Shown here: one piece after another, positions 1 through 9,682 of the stretch
Layout: the number at the start of each line of letters is the position of its first letter
How positions within the stretch are numbered: position 1 is the stretch's first letter
From: Gemmatimonadales bacterium
Lineage (GTDB): Bacteria; Gemmatimonadota; Gemmatimonadetes; Gemmatimonadales; GWC2-71-9
Length of the DNA stretch: 64,000 nt
Direction: 5' to 3'
Assembly (NCBI GenBank): GCA_041615815.1
Contig: JBFJCP010000008.1
Location: forward strand, 32,001 to 96,000
Program-made: the position numbers and the translations under genes
Notes under the pieces: model-generated
Told to the model about the DNA's origin: nothing
Database searches by the model: none
The model's input: the letters and a program-made list of their open reading frames with translations, nothing else

Positions 1-513
1 TCGAACTTCGCCGCCGGCGTGATGCTCTTGGTCTTTCGACCGTTCCAGAAGGGCGATTTCATTGAAGCCGTTGGGGTCTCCGGTTCCGTGGATGCCGTCG
101 GTATCTTCACGACGACGCTCAACACCCCGGACAACGTGCGGGTCATTTTGCCGAACGCGAAGGTGTGGGGTGACACCATCAAGAACTTCGCGGCGAACGA
201 CATTCGCCGTATCGACCTACTGGTGGGGATAGCCTACGACGACGATATCGGCCTAGGCATGAACACCATTCGCCGCGTGCTGGCGGCCGAGAGCCGGGTC
301 CTCAAGGATCCGGAACCCACCGTCGCCGTCGGCGAGCTCGGAGATTCGTCGGTGAATCTCGTGGTTCGTCCTTGGTGCAAGCGCGAGGAGTATTGGGCGG
401 TACGGTGGGACCTGACGAGAGCGTTCAAAGAGGAGCTTGAGCGCGCGGGCTGCTCGATCCCGTTCCCTCAGCGGGATGTGCATGTGTTTCGGGAGAAGGA
501 GTCCGCGGCCTAG
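1..513 (+). CDS. mscS: Small-conductance mechanosensitive channel MscS family (5' truncated by window edge)
   Basis: SNFAAG...RPFxxGD...G.V..IGIFTT...PN motifs; C-terminal IPFPQRDVH. Confidence 0.9.
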   Translation, partial: SNFAAGVMLLVFRPFQKGDFIEAVGVSGSVDAVGIFTTTLNTPDNVRVILPNAKVWGDTIKNFAANDIRRIDLLVGIAYDDDIGLGMNTIRRVLAAESRVLKDPEPTVAVGELGDSSVNLVVRPWCKREEYWAVRWDLTRAFKEELERAGCSIPFPQRDVHVFREKESAA

Positions 514-553
514 CCCAGATGACAAACCCCATGCAATGCATGGGCTTACGAGA

Positions 554-625
<72 letters not shown>

Positions 626-775
626 GCGTAGGAAAAACTTGGGTGGCTCGGGGCGGAATCTCAAGGGCCAAAGATTGCGCACCCGTCTCGAGGGGAAAGT
701 CGGCGCGGACGGGCGAGCGCAGAGGGGGAGGACAGAACTTGTCTCCGCGAACCGTTCGGGCTAGGATTTGGGCCC

Positions 776-849
776 GCGCCCGTGGCTCAACTGGATAGAG
801 CATCGGACTTCGGATCCGAGGGTTGGGGGTTCGAGTCCCTCCGGGCGCA
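776..849 (+). tRNA. tRNA-Arg (UCG), CCA not encoded
   Basis: GCGCCCG...TCGGA-CTTCGGA-TCCGA anticodon arm (TCG), T-arm GGTTCGAGTCC, acceptor CGGGCGC-A. Confidence 0.94.
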
Positions 850-1032
850 TCCTCACCAGCTAGAGGTGCGGGTCAGCGGCGCACCCTTCCGCAACGAGAA
901 CCACCCACACGCGTGTACCCCGTGTGGGCGGTGCGATGCCGAGGTCCCCTTCTCTTGCCGAAGCTGACCGCCACGCATCACCGTCCAGTCTCCTCACCCG
1001 CTACCTCACGGCAACCCGTCGTCCCGGACGAG

Positions 1033-1605
1033 CTACGGATTGTAGATCAACCCTCCCCGATCCCGATACAGCTGCAACACCGCGCGCGCTTCCTCACGCA
1101 TCACTCCGCGCACGATCTCGATACCCCGTTCCTCGAGATATCGGTACGACTGCGGAAATACGGGCCCCTCATCGAAGTTGAGGCGCGTCGCGTCCTCCCG
1201 GTTGGCCCCGGTGACCAGTCGATTGACCCCGCTCCACAGCACGGCTCCCAGACACATGGCGCATGGATCGCACGACGACACCAGCTCGTGTCCCGGAGGG
1301 GTGTCAGCACCCAACGTGTGAGACCCGACACGCCGCTGCGCCATCATCACCGCGACGATCTCGGCGTGGAGGGAGGAGTTCATGAGCGGCACGACGCGGT
1401 TCATTCCCGCGCCCACGAGCTTCCCCGACTCCGCTTCGAACACCGCCGCACCAAACGGTCCTCCAGTGTTATGAAGCACGTTCTCCCGCGCGAGTGTAAT
1501 CGCCAGCCCCATACGATCTTCCCGAGTGGCATACATCCGATCCCACTCCACCACCGCGTCGATCCACTCGGGATAGATGACCTGCACCACCGGTCGCTCA
1601 GTCAC
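1033..1605 (-). CDS. Cytidine/deoxycytidylate deaminase-fold Zn deaminase (guanine deaminase-like)
   Basis: GGPFGA, HAE and SSCDPCAMC motifs; GTG start at 1605 after GAGGTGG. Confidence 0.85.
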   Translation of the reverse strand: MTERPVVQVIYPEWIDAVVEWDRMYATREDRMGLAITLARENVLHNTGGPFGAAVFEAESGKLVGAGMNRVVPLMNSSLHAEIVAVMMAQRRVGSHTLGADTPPGHELVSSCDPCAMCLGAVLWSGVNRLVTGANREDATRLNFDEGPVFPQSYRYLEERGIEIVRGVMREEARAVLQLYRDRGGLIYNP

Positions 1606-1729
1606 GTTCCACCTCAGGCTCCTCGGTGCCATCGAATCCCGTCGCTCGCCGCCCCATTGCACCGCCTTCCTGTACGTCCATCATTCCGTATCTTCCTCCA
1701 GCCCCCGAAACCCGCGGCGGGAGGTTCGT

Positions 1730-2194
1730 ATGAGCGATGTTCACGGCGTCGCCTCCACGCTACCGTATGGTGCGTGCGTGCTCGATAGCATCTTGACCGC
1801 CGGACAGCCAGAGGAAGCGCAGTTTGCCGCCGTGGCAACCGCCGGCTGCAAACTGGTATTGGATTTGCGCGGTCCTCATGAGCCACGTCCCTGCAACGAG
1901 CCCACCTGCGTGGCCGCAGCCGGCATGGAATACTTGAATATCCCCATTACGCCCGAGACGCTCCAGGATGACACCTTCAACCAGTTCCGTTCGGTGATGC
2001 GTGACACCACCAAGCGTCCAATCCTGATCCATTGCGCCAGCTCGGATCGCGTGGGTGCGCTCCTTCTTCCCTACTTCATTCTGGATGAGGGCAAAGACCG
2101 CGACACTGCCCTCGGGCTCGCAATCCAGGCGGGGTTGCGAACTCCCCTCCTCGCTGAAGTGGCCCTGGACTACGCAGAACGCGCCGCAACCTGA
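1730..2194 (+). CDS. Cys-based phosphatase/sulfurtransferase-like protein (DUF442/Blh-like)
   Basis: AGQP, DLR and HCASSDR (Cx5R) motifs; GGAGG RBS before ATG 1730. Confidence 0.78.
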   Translation: MSDVHGVASTLPYGACVLDSILTAGQPEEAQFAAVATAGCKLVLDLRGPHEPRPCNEPTCVAAAGMEYLNIPITPETLQDDTFNQFRSVMRDTTKRPILIHCASSDRVGALLLPYFILDEGKDRDTALGLAIQAGLRTPLLAEVALDYAERAAT

Positions 2195-2220
2195 GCACGG
2201 CGACATCAACGGGAACCACC

Positions 2221-2550
2221 ATGATCATCTCGACGACCCCACGGATCGACGGCCATGAGATCACCCAGTACTACGGCATCGTCACCGGCGAGGCTATCCT
2301 GGGTGCCAACATCTTCAAGGATTTCTTCGCCGGCCTCCGCGACATCGTGGGCGGGCGCTCCGCGGCCTACGAGGAGGAGCTCCGGAAGGCCCGCGATATC
2401 GCGATCGACGAAATGGCCTTGGAAGCGGAAGGCCTCGGCGCGAATGCCGTGGTGGGCGTCGATCTCGACTACGAGACCATTCAGGTCGGCAGCAGCGGGA
2501 GCATGCTCATGGTGAGCGCATCGGGGACGGCGGTCAAAGTCCTGATGTAA
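2221..2550 (+). CDS. ybjQ: YbjQ/UPF0145 family protein
   Basis: [27 protein letters not shown] signature. Confidence 0.92.
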   Translation: MIISTTPRIDGHEITQYYGIVTGEAILGANIFKDFFAGLRDIVGGRSAAYEEELRKARDIAIDEMALEAEGLGANAVVGVDLDYETIQVGSSGSMLMVSASGTAVKVLM

Positions 2551-2641
2551 GAGGCATAAAAGGCAGGTGGCAGAGGGCAGCGGGCGGCGCAGAGTGGCGG
2601 CGGGGAAGGGGGATTGACGCGTCTCCGGCCTCTCACGCCCG

Positions 2642-4228
2642 CTAGAAGAAGAACCCTCTCCCAAACACCACCACCCAGCGGCGACCATCGAACCCGTCGC
2701 CAAAGCGGTATGCGACGTCCAACCTACCAACGTTGGGGCCAGCGGATCTCGTGGCCCCAAAGCGGATTCCGGCTCCAACATCTCCACCAAATCGTGCGTC
2801 CTGATCTGGATACCACGCGCCTCCGTAGTCCACGAAAGCGGCGAAGCCCAGACCCATCACACCCAGGACCTCGTCGATGACGAAAGCGCGATGCTCCAGT
2901 GATCCCCAGATCCCGCGCGTTCCAGTAAACGCGTGAACGTCGAACGCCCGGGGCCCAATCCCATGCCCAAGGTCGATCTCCTGTCCCGGCGGGGTGCCCC
3001 GCCGGGACATCGCCTCGACGTGAAACACGGTCGCGTTCTTCTCGAAGGACTGCGAGACGAAGGTGAAACCCGCCCACACCTGTCCCGAATCGGGCTCGAA
3101 CGACGTCGTGAAGAGACCGTTGGCCCGCGCAGCGAGTCTGAGCCAATGCTTCCCGAGGATCGCCCCCGTCTGAAAGAACGCCCGAGGACCGATGCCCGTT
3201 CGCTCATAGCCAAAGGCACTCGGCGCAAGCCATGCACCGAGGACGAGCCTCGTGCTCAGGTCCACGTCCACATCTCGATCGAACCCGATGTAATGGGTCG
3301 TCACCTTGAAGCGCGCGAGTGCGAAGTCCGCGAACACCCCCAGCGCGCCCGTCACGGTGTCGGGGATGGCAAGCGGGCTATCCGCTTTCGGGAAGAACTC
3401 CTCCCGCTTCACCTGCGCTGTTAGCCCTACGCGGATGTACCCCGTGGGACTCGCGACAGGGGCATACGCAATGCGCGCTTGTTGCCAGAAGAGATTTCGT
3501 CGAAAGGTCTGCGACAAAACCCCATCGCGAAACTGCAGCATGTCCCGCTGTGCCGTGGCTCCGGACAAGTCGAACGCGTACCGCTCTTCGAAGGCGCGAA
3601 ACGGCCTGGCGACCGTCCACTCTCCCACCTGCCCATCACTGAGATCGTCGTACAGCCCGGACACGAGGAGCCGCGATCCCAAGGGCCGGTCCCACCGACC
3701 CAGCACGGTCACGGCCGTTCGATCAGGCTCGTCCCGATACGTGACCCCGGCCTGTGCGCCTGTACCGAAGAGGTTGCGCTCGAGGAGTCCGGCCGCCCAT
3801 GAGAACGTCCCACCTGTGGACCGCCCCGTGAGATTGAGGTCCGTAGTCCAACCGTCGCCCGTCTGCAGATAGACCGTCACCGAGTCGCCTCGATGCAGCG
3901 TGTCGACCGCGACGTCACGAAAGATCCCCAGCGTGCGGAGGTTCCGGAGCGACTCTTCCACCCGCGCGGAATCGTAGGCGTCGCCCACATCGAAGAGGAG
4001 CTCGCGACGGATCACGTAGGGGCGGGTGGTAAAATGGAGCGCGTTGGCAATGCGGAAGAACAGACTGGTGCGGGCTTCCGCCGGATCGTACACGTCGTGG
4101 TTGATCACGATGATGCTGTCGATGACTGGGGCCTGAGCCCCCGTGCCATCTTGGGCGGCTACGATCCACAGCGGCATTACCGCAAAGAGAACGGACAGGA
4201 ATACCGATCGCGTCACCGGCGCGTACAC
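2642..4228 (-). CDS. Omp85/BamA-TamA-like outer-membrane protein with POTRA-like N-terminal region
   Basis: Signal peptide, T+..VIRRELLF..GD..D..RVEES.RNLR POTRA motif, ERNLFGTG, aromatic C-terminus. Confidence 0.78.
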   Translation of the reverse strand: MYAPVTRSVFLSVLFAVMPLWIVAAQDGTGAQAPVIDSIIVINHDVYDPAEARTSLFFRIANALHFTTRPYVIRRELLFDVGDAYDSARVEESLRNLRTLGIFRDVAVDTLHRGDSVTVYLQTGDGWTTDLNLTGRSTGGTFSWAAGLLERNLFGTGAQAGVTYRDEPDRTAVTVLGRWDRPLGSRLLVSGLYDDLSDGQVGEWTVARPFRAFEERYAFDLSGATAQRDMLQFRDGVLSQTFRRNLFWQQARIAYAPVASPTGYIRVGLTAQVKREEFFPKADSPLAIPDTVTGALGVFADFALARFKVTTHYIGFDRDVDVDLSTRLVLGAWLAPSAFGYERTGIGPRAFFQTGAILGKHWLRLAARANGLFTTSFEPDSGQVWAGFTFVSQSFEKNATVFHVEAMSRRGTPPGQEIDLGHGIGPRAFDVHAFTGTRGIWGSLEHRAFVIDEVLGVMGLGFAAFVDYGGAWYPDQDARFGGDVGAGIRFGATRSAGPNVGRLDVAYRFGDGFDGRRWVVVFGRGFFF

Positions 4229-4420
4229 CTATGCCATGCCACCCGCCGAATCGAGGGCACTGTGGGGCGGTTCGTCACCAACGTCGCAGACATTCCTTCG
4301 AGATTCCCCTCGTCCCATGGGTTGCTGAGTCCCGGCAGTGGCCGGGTCTTCGTAACATAGCGGAAACGCTTGTGAGATCGGATGGCGGCGCGAGGACTGT
4401 GGAAACCCGAGTTCAGTGAT

Positions 4421-4755
4421 GATTGCAGAGTACAGATTGCAGGCATCGGAGCAGGATGGCGCTATTCTGCACCCCGTCGCGCCCTTCTGGACCCCACGCG
4501 GCAGTGAGAAGGACCATGATACGGCGTGAAGGCAATCCCGCCGAATCGGCCTAACGGAGCTCCGCGAAGCCCGACTGTGGCTACCGTTGCTCTCCGAGGT
4601 CGGTTATGAAAACCCGCCTGGGTCCATTGACACTGCGCCAAGTGGATGAGCTAATCTCTCGACCTTCGTTGTCAGTATCAAGTCGGCAAAGCACAGACTC
4701 GAGACCTCACCAGACGCGCGTACTATCCGCAATCTGCATTCTACAGTCTGCAATC
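4421..4755 (+). pseudogene. Degraded four-helix-bundle (TIGR02436-like) gene flanked by inverted heptamer repeats
   Basis: Frameshifted fragments GLTELREARLWLPLL / QVDELIS / TFVVSIKSAK; left arm GATTGCA-GAGTACA-GATTGCA, right arm CGCAATC-TGCATTC-TACAGTC-TGCAATC. Confidence 0.62.
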
Positions 4756-4772
4756 GAAGAATCCGGGGTCGA

Positions 4773-6182
4773 TCAGTATTTCCCCAGATACTTTTCGATC
4801 TCCCATTGGCTCACCATCGCGGAATACTCCAGCCATTCCTGCCGCTTGGCTTCCACGAATCGCTCGTAGATGTGATCACCGAGCGCTTCACATATGACGG
4901 GATCTTTTTCCAGGTAGTCGAGCGCCTCATGCAGGTCACGCGGCAACTCGTCGATCCGGTGCCGGCGGCGTTCCCGATAGCTCATGGTGAAGATGTTCTT
5001 GTTCACCGGGTCGGGAGGAGTCAGGTTCTCGCGAACTCCATCTAGCCCGGCGGCCAACTGCACCGTCAGCGCCAGGTACGGGTTCGCCGAGGGATCGGGC
5101 ATGCGGAGCTCACATCGGGTACCTTGACCGCGCCTGTCGGGAATCCGGATCAATGGTGACCGGTTGCGCATGCTCCATGCGACGTTTGTGGGCGCCTCGT
5201 ACCCGGGCACCAGACGCTTGTAGCTGTTCACCTGAGGATTGGTCACCGCACAAAACCCGCGCGCGTGTTTGAGCAGCCCCGCGATGTAGCCCAGACCCTC
5301 CTTCGAGATTTCCCACTTGGCCGTAGGATCGTAGAACGCGTTCGTACCGTTTTTGAACAGCGACTGGTGCGTGTGCATCCCGGAACCGTTCTGCCCCTGA
5401 ATGGGCTTGGGCATGAACGTCGCCAAGAAGCCATGCCGATAGGCGATGTTGCGCACGACGAAACGGAAGGTGGCGATGTTGTCCGCCGTCGTCAGGGCGT
5501 CGGCGTACCGGAAGTCGACCTCATGCTGGCCTTGTGCCACCTCGTGATGACCCGCCTCGACCTCGAACCCCATGTGGACGAGGTCGTGAATGATCAAGCG
5601 TCGAATTGGTTCGGCACGATCCACCGGCGCGAGGTCGAAATAGCCGCCCTGATCGTGTGTTTCGAGCGAGGGATCACCGCGCTGATCGAGGTGGAAGATG
5701 AAAAACTCCGCTTCGCACCCCGCCATCATCTCATACCCAATCTCCTTGGCCCGGGCAATCTGCCGCTTGAGTGTGAGACGCGGACAGCCCGCGAATGGAG
5801 AGTCATCCGGATTGTAGATGTCGCAGATGAGGCGGGCCACTCGGCCGCCCTCGTCATCGTAGGGGAAGATCTCGAACGTCGCGAGATCCGGCTTGAGCAC
5901 CATGTCGCTCTCTTCGATCCGGACGAAGCCCTCGATAGACGAGCCGTCGAACATCACATCGCCCGAGAGCGCCTTGTCGAACTGGCTGCTCGGCACCTCG
6001 ACGTTCTTGTTGACACCGGTGATATCGGTGAACTGGAGTCGGAGAAAATCGACGTCGAAGTCCTGCGCCAGCTTCAGGACGTCACTCTTGCTGGCCCCTT
6101 CAGTGTCGAGGGACGCGCCTCGCACCCGGGGCTTCGTATCTTCGACCGGTACCGTCAACGCCTTGCCGCGAGCCACGTTCAT
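4773..6182 (-). CDS. glnA: Glutamine synthetase type I
   Basis: FDGSSIEGF, HHEVA.GQHE, FMPKP..G.NGSGMH, NSYKRLVPGYEAP; GAAGGAG RBS before ATG 6182. Confidence 0.97.
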   Translation of the reverse strand: MNVARGKALTVPVEDTKPRVRGASLDTEGASKSDVLKLAQDFDVDFLRLQFTDITGVNKNVEVPSSQFDKALSGDVMFDGSSIEGFVRIEESDMVLKPDLATFEIFPYDDEGGRVARLICDIYNPDDSPFAGCPRLTLKRQIARAKEIGYEMMAGCEAEFFIFHLDQRGDPSLETHDQGGYFDLAPVDRAEPIRRLIIHDLVHMGFEVEAGHHEVAQGQHEVDFRYADALTTADNIATFRFVVRNIAYRHGFLATFMPKPIQGQNGSGMHTHQSLFKNGTNAFYDPTAKWEISKEGLGYIAGLLKHARGFCAVTNPQVNSYKRLVPGYEAPTNVAWSMRNRSPLIRIPDRRGQGTRCELRMPDPSANPYLALTVQLAAGLDGVRENLTPPDPVNKNIFTMSYRERRRHRIDELPRDLHEALDYLEKDPVICEALGDHIYERFVEAKRQEWLEYSAMVSQWEIEKYLGKY

Positions 6183-6234
6183 GCTCCTTCCGAAAGAGGG
6201 GTTACCCGGCGGCACAGGGCACCGGGCGCGCGGA

Positions 6235-6263
6235 AGGATATTTGGTCAGTGCCCTGGTGTCAA
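6235..6263 (-). promoter_or_regulatory. Sigma70-type promoter of glnA
   Basis: TTGACA-17 nt-TATCCT on the minus strand. Confidence 0.65.
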
Positions 6264-6385
6264 CGATCTGTGGCCGCTTTGGCAGATGGAGGCTAGTATG
6301 AGGACGTCGAATAGAGGGAAAACGCAGAAACGTCGCTTATTTTGTGCAGATTTTTCACAATTTAAGGATCACTCGAGATCCTCAA

Positions 6386-6712
6386 TCATCCCCCTTTGAG
6401 CGAGTCGAGGAGATTCCACAGCTCCTGAGCCGAGAACTCCGAAAAGCGGACCTGGACGTCGGATTCCGACCACTCCAGAAAGATCCAACCAGACAGCCGG
6501 TGGACGTTGCTGGAAATGAAGTGGATGCGGCCGCGAATCGCGCCGACCTCGCGATCCTGTACGGTTTCGAGCAGCACCTCCCACCGGGAGTCCCCTCGCT
6601 CCAGCGTCCCCATCTGTCGAGCCTTGATCTGGCTGAGTGGGGGGTTGAACCCCGAGGAGGTAGGCCGGGCATCCGAACCGGAGGGCATGCCCGCTACAGT
6701 AATGCGCTCCAA
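6386..6712 (-). CDS. Hypothetical small protein (start uncertain, possibly 6688)
   Basis: Globular-looking ORF (WEVLLETVQD...GRIHF...GWIFLEW) filling the gap between glnA and the next gene. Confidence 0.6.
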   Translation of the reverse strand: MERITVAGMPSGSDARPTSSGFNPPLSQIKARQMGTLERGDSRWEVLLETVQDREVGAIRGRIHFISSNVHRLSGWIFLEWSESDVQVRFSEFSAQELWNLLDSLKGG

Positions 6713-6860
6713 GGGGCTACGCTAGCTGGGCAATGAGGACGTCGTGCGATGGCCGCGGGGTTGGGGCAGTCAAACGGGTGCCCCGATAAGGCCACCGGCG
6801 ATACTTTCCTTACGACCCGACTTTCGGCCCTTCACGACTCGCGATTCGAGACCAGTTCTT

Positions 6861-7637
6861 GTGAGCACAACGTCACAGCCCGCCCCCGATTCCCAACGGT
6901 CTTGCCCCAACTGCGGCCAACCGGCGGACGGAAAGTTCTGCAGCAGCTGCGGCGCTCCCCTCCTGGGAGCAGCCTGCCCAGGATGTGGCACCCCATTGAG
7001 CCCGGGCGCCCGGTTTTGCCACTTGTGCGGTACACCCATGGGCCCCCGACGCCCGCGGACACCGGCGGCTGCGTGGTTGGTGGCAGCCGCAGCCGTCGCC
7101 GCATTGGTCGTGGTGGTGATCTTCGCGGCCGTTCGCGGGCCCGCGACGCCACCCCCCGCCGCCGCAGCAGCGACGCCGCCCGCCGCGGCCAGCGGTGGGG
7201 CCACTGACATTTCCTCGCTCACCCCGCGCGAGAGAGCCGACCGTCTGTACGATCGGATTATGCGCGCACACGAACGCGGCGACACGAGTGAGCTCCGATT
7301 CTTCACGCCCATGGCGCTGCAAGCGTACGCCATGCTGGGCGGTCTCGACAGCGACGCTCGGTATCACGTGGGTCTGATCCATGCCATCCGTGGCGACGCG
7401 GCGGCGGCTCGCGCGCAGGCCGATTCCATGCCAACCGGCCACCTGCTTGCGGCCATGCTGCGCCAACGCGCGGCCATCGCCCTCGGAGACGCGAGGGCGA
7501 GCGAGCAGGCATACCGGGATTTCTTGAGCAATTTTACGCGGGAGATCGCAACCGACTTGCCGGAGTACACCGCCCATCGGCCGCTTATCGACAGCTTTCG
7601 CACCGAGGCAGAGCGTGTCACCGGAGGAAGCCAGTGA
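6861..7637 (+). CDS. Double zinc-ribbon membrane protein
   Basis: CPNCG..FCSSCG..CPGCG..FCHLCG, then a TM helix and helical domain; GTGA overlap with mqnD; start approximate. Confidence 0.75.
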   Translation: MSTTSQPAPDSQRSCPNCGQPADGKFCSSCGAPLLGAACPGCGTPLSPGARFCHLCGTPMGPRRPRTPAAAWLVAAAAVAALVVVVIFAAVRGPATPPPAAAAATPPAAASGGATDISSLTPRERADRLYDRIMRAHERGDTSELRFFTPMALQAYAMLGGLDSDARYHVGLIHAIRGDAAAARAQADSMPTGHLLAAMLRQRAAIALGDARASEQAYRDFLSNFTREIATDLPEYTAHRPLIDSFRTEAERVTGGSQ

Positions 7638-8488
7638 CCACCATCCACGTAGCCCACAGTCCGGACTCCGACGACGCGTTCATGTTCTACGGCTTGGCGG
7701 CGCACAAAGTCGCCACGGACGACCGCCGCTACGTTCACGAGCTCGCCGACATCGAGACGCTGAACCGGCGGGCGTTGGCGGGGGAACTCGAGGTGACGGC
7801 GGTGTCCATCCATGCGTATGCCCATGTAGCGGACCGCTACGCGCTGTTGCCACACGGGGCCTCGATCGGTGATCGCTATGGTCCACGGCTCGTGGCCCGC
7901 GAGCCCGCGCCCTCCGACGTGGCAGCCGCCCTGAGGGGGCGGCGGATCGCCATCCCTGGGACCCTCACCACGGCAGCGCTCACGTTGCGGCTGTTCCAGC
8001 CGACAATTGAAACGATGGTCCTGCCGTTCGACGAGATTGAGGACGCCGTCGCGGACGGAGCGGTCGACGTGGGACTGCTCATCCATGAGGGCCAGCTCAC
8101 GTTCGCGGACCGGGGGCTCCACTTATGGGCGGACATGGGAGTGTGGTGGCACGAACAGACCAACCTTCCCCTTCCGCTGGGAGGAAACGTGGTGCGCCGC
8201 GATCTCGGCGAGGAGCTCATTCGGGCCATTTCGCGAGATCTGCGGGCAAGCATCCTCTACGCCTTGGCGCACCGCGACGAGGCCCTCCGGCACGCGATGC
8301 AGTACGCCCGAGGACTGAGGCCCCCGCAGGTGGATCGCTTCGTCGGTATGTACGTGAACGACTTCACCGTCGACTATGGGGAGTCGGGCCGGCTGGCTGT
8401 CCAAATGCTGCTCGATCGAGCGGCCGCCGCGGGTGTCCTGCCCAAGCGCGTGGAGGTCACGTTCGTGGACGATGGGGTGATCGTATAG
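7634..8488 (+). CDS. mqnD: 1,4-dihydroxy-6-naphthoate synthase (futalosine menaquinone pathway)
   Basis: AHSPDSDDAFMFY, DIETLN, IHEGQLT, LPLPLGGN, MYVNDFT. Confidence 0.92.
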   Translation: MTTIHVAHSPDSDDAFMFYGLAAHKVATDDRRYVHELADIETLNRRALAGELEVTAVSIHAYAHVADRYALLPHGASIGDRYGPRLVAREPAPSDVAAALRGRRIAIPGTLTTAALTLRLFQPTIETMVLPFDEIEDAVADGAVDVGLLIHEGQLTFADRGLHLWADMGVWWHEQTNLPLPLGGNVVRRDLGEELIRAISRDLRASILYALAHRDEALRHAMQYARGLRPPQVDRFVGMYVNDFTVDYGESGRLAVQMLLDRAAAAGVLPKRVEVTFVDDGVIV

Positions 8489-8599
8489 GGCGGCACACCG
8501 CGGGGTTGCGCGCGGCGGGATGGCGCCCATAGTCACAAGAGTCGAAGTTCCTCGACGCGGTGACCCCGGAGCCCGGGGACAGTGCCTGGAGCGAAGACC

Positions 8600-9682
8600 G
8601 TGACCGCAGCAGAGCAGATAGAACAGAGATCCGCGATCCTCATCGTGGACGATGAGGTGGCACTGCGCGAGGCGTTGGCTCGATTCCTTCGCGAGCAGGG
8701 CTACGCGGTCACGACCGTCGCATCCGGTGTGGCCGCGCTCGAGGAACTCCGTGGCGCAAAATACCAACTGATGCTGCTCGACATCCGAATGCCTGGCATG
8801 AGTGGCATCGATGCCGTCACGGAAGCCCTCGATATCGATCCCGATCTCGCCATCATCATGCTCAGCGCCGTGGGAGACGCGACGAGTGCCGCCAACTGCA
8901 TGCAGCGCGGCGCAATGGATTATCTCACCAAGCCGCTGGAGCTCACCGATCTCATGAGTGCCGTGCATCGCGCGCTCCGGCGGCGTGATACGCAGATGCA
9001 AGATCGCGGCATCACGAATTGGCTGCGTGATGAGGTACAGCGGCGCGGTGAGGAGATCCTTCGTGAGCGGCACAAACAGGAACAGATTACACTGGCAACG
9101 CTCGAGGCCCTCATCAACGCCCTCGAGGTGAAGAACCAGTACTTACGCGGTCACTCGGCTCGGATCGCCGCCCTCGCGGCGACCATCGCCCACCAGCTCG
9201 GCTTGTCTGATGAGGATATCGAGTTCGTGCGCATGGCGGGCCGGCTGCACGACTTGGGGAAGATCGGTATTCGCGAAGAGGTCCTGAACAAAGAGGGTCC
9301 CCTCACCGAGGAGGAGTTCGAGCACGTCAAAGAGCATGTCGTCATCGGCTCCCAAATCCTCGCCCCCCTCACCCATCTCGGTCCGGTGGCCCGGTTCGTC
9401 CGAGGACACCACGAACACTGGGATGGCTCGGGATACCCCGACGGCATCTCAGGCGAGGCCATTCCGCTGGGGGCCCGCATTCTGTGCGCCGCCGAAGTCT
9501 ATGACGCCCTTACCCAGCGCCGACCGTACCATGAGAAACTCGCCCCTGAAGAGGCCACCGAGCGGATGCGGCTACTCGCCAGCAGCGTCCTCGACCCCGA
9601 CGTGATGGAGGCCTTGGCCGCCGCCGTGGCCCGTCGCAAGACCCTCGTGTTCCTTGACGAGGACCACGCCCGAGCGGAGTAA
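8600..9682 (+). CDS. Response regulator with HD-GYP cyclic di-GMP phosphodiesterase domain
   Basis: REC (IVDDE, DIRMP, KP) plus GHS, LHDLGKIG, HHEHWDGSGYP. Confidence 0.93.
   Translation: MTAAEQIEQRSAILIVDDEVALREALARFLREQGYAVTTVASGVAALEELRGAKYQLMLLDIRMPGMSGIDAVTEALDIDPDLAIIMLSAVGDATSAANCMQRGAMDYLTKPLELTDLMSAVHRALRRRDTQMQDRGITNWLRDEVQRRGEEILRERHKQEQITLATLEALINALEVKNQYLRGHSARIAALAATIAHQLGLSDEDIEFVRMAGRLHDLGKIGIREEVLNKEGPLTEEEFEHVKEHVVIGSQILAPLTHLGPVARFVRGHHEHWDGSGYPDGISGEAIPLGARILCAAEVYDALTQRRPYHEKLAPEEATERMRLLASSVLDPDVMEALAAAVARRKTLVFLDEDHARAE

Noticed and set aside
1033..1605. tadA next to tRNA-Arg
   Set aside because: Motifs (GGPFGA, SSCDPCAMCLGA.LW) fit guanine-deaminase-like proteins better, and a UCG tRNA needs no A34 editing
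6183..6300. Glutamine (glnA) riboswitch
   Set aside because: The predicted TSS leaves only a ~45-nt leader, and one repeat arm lies within the promoter spacer
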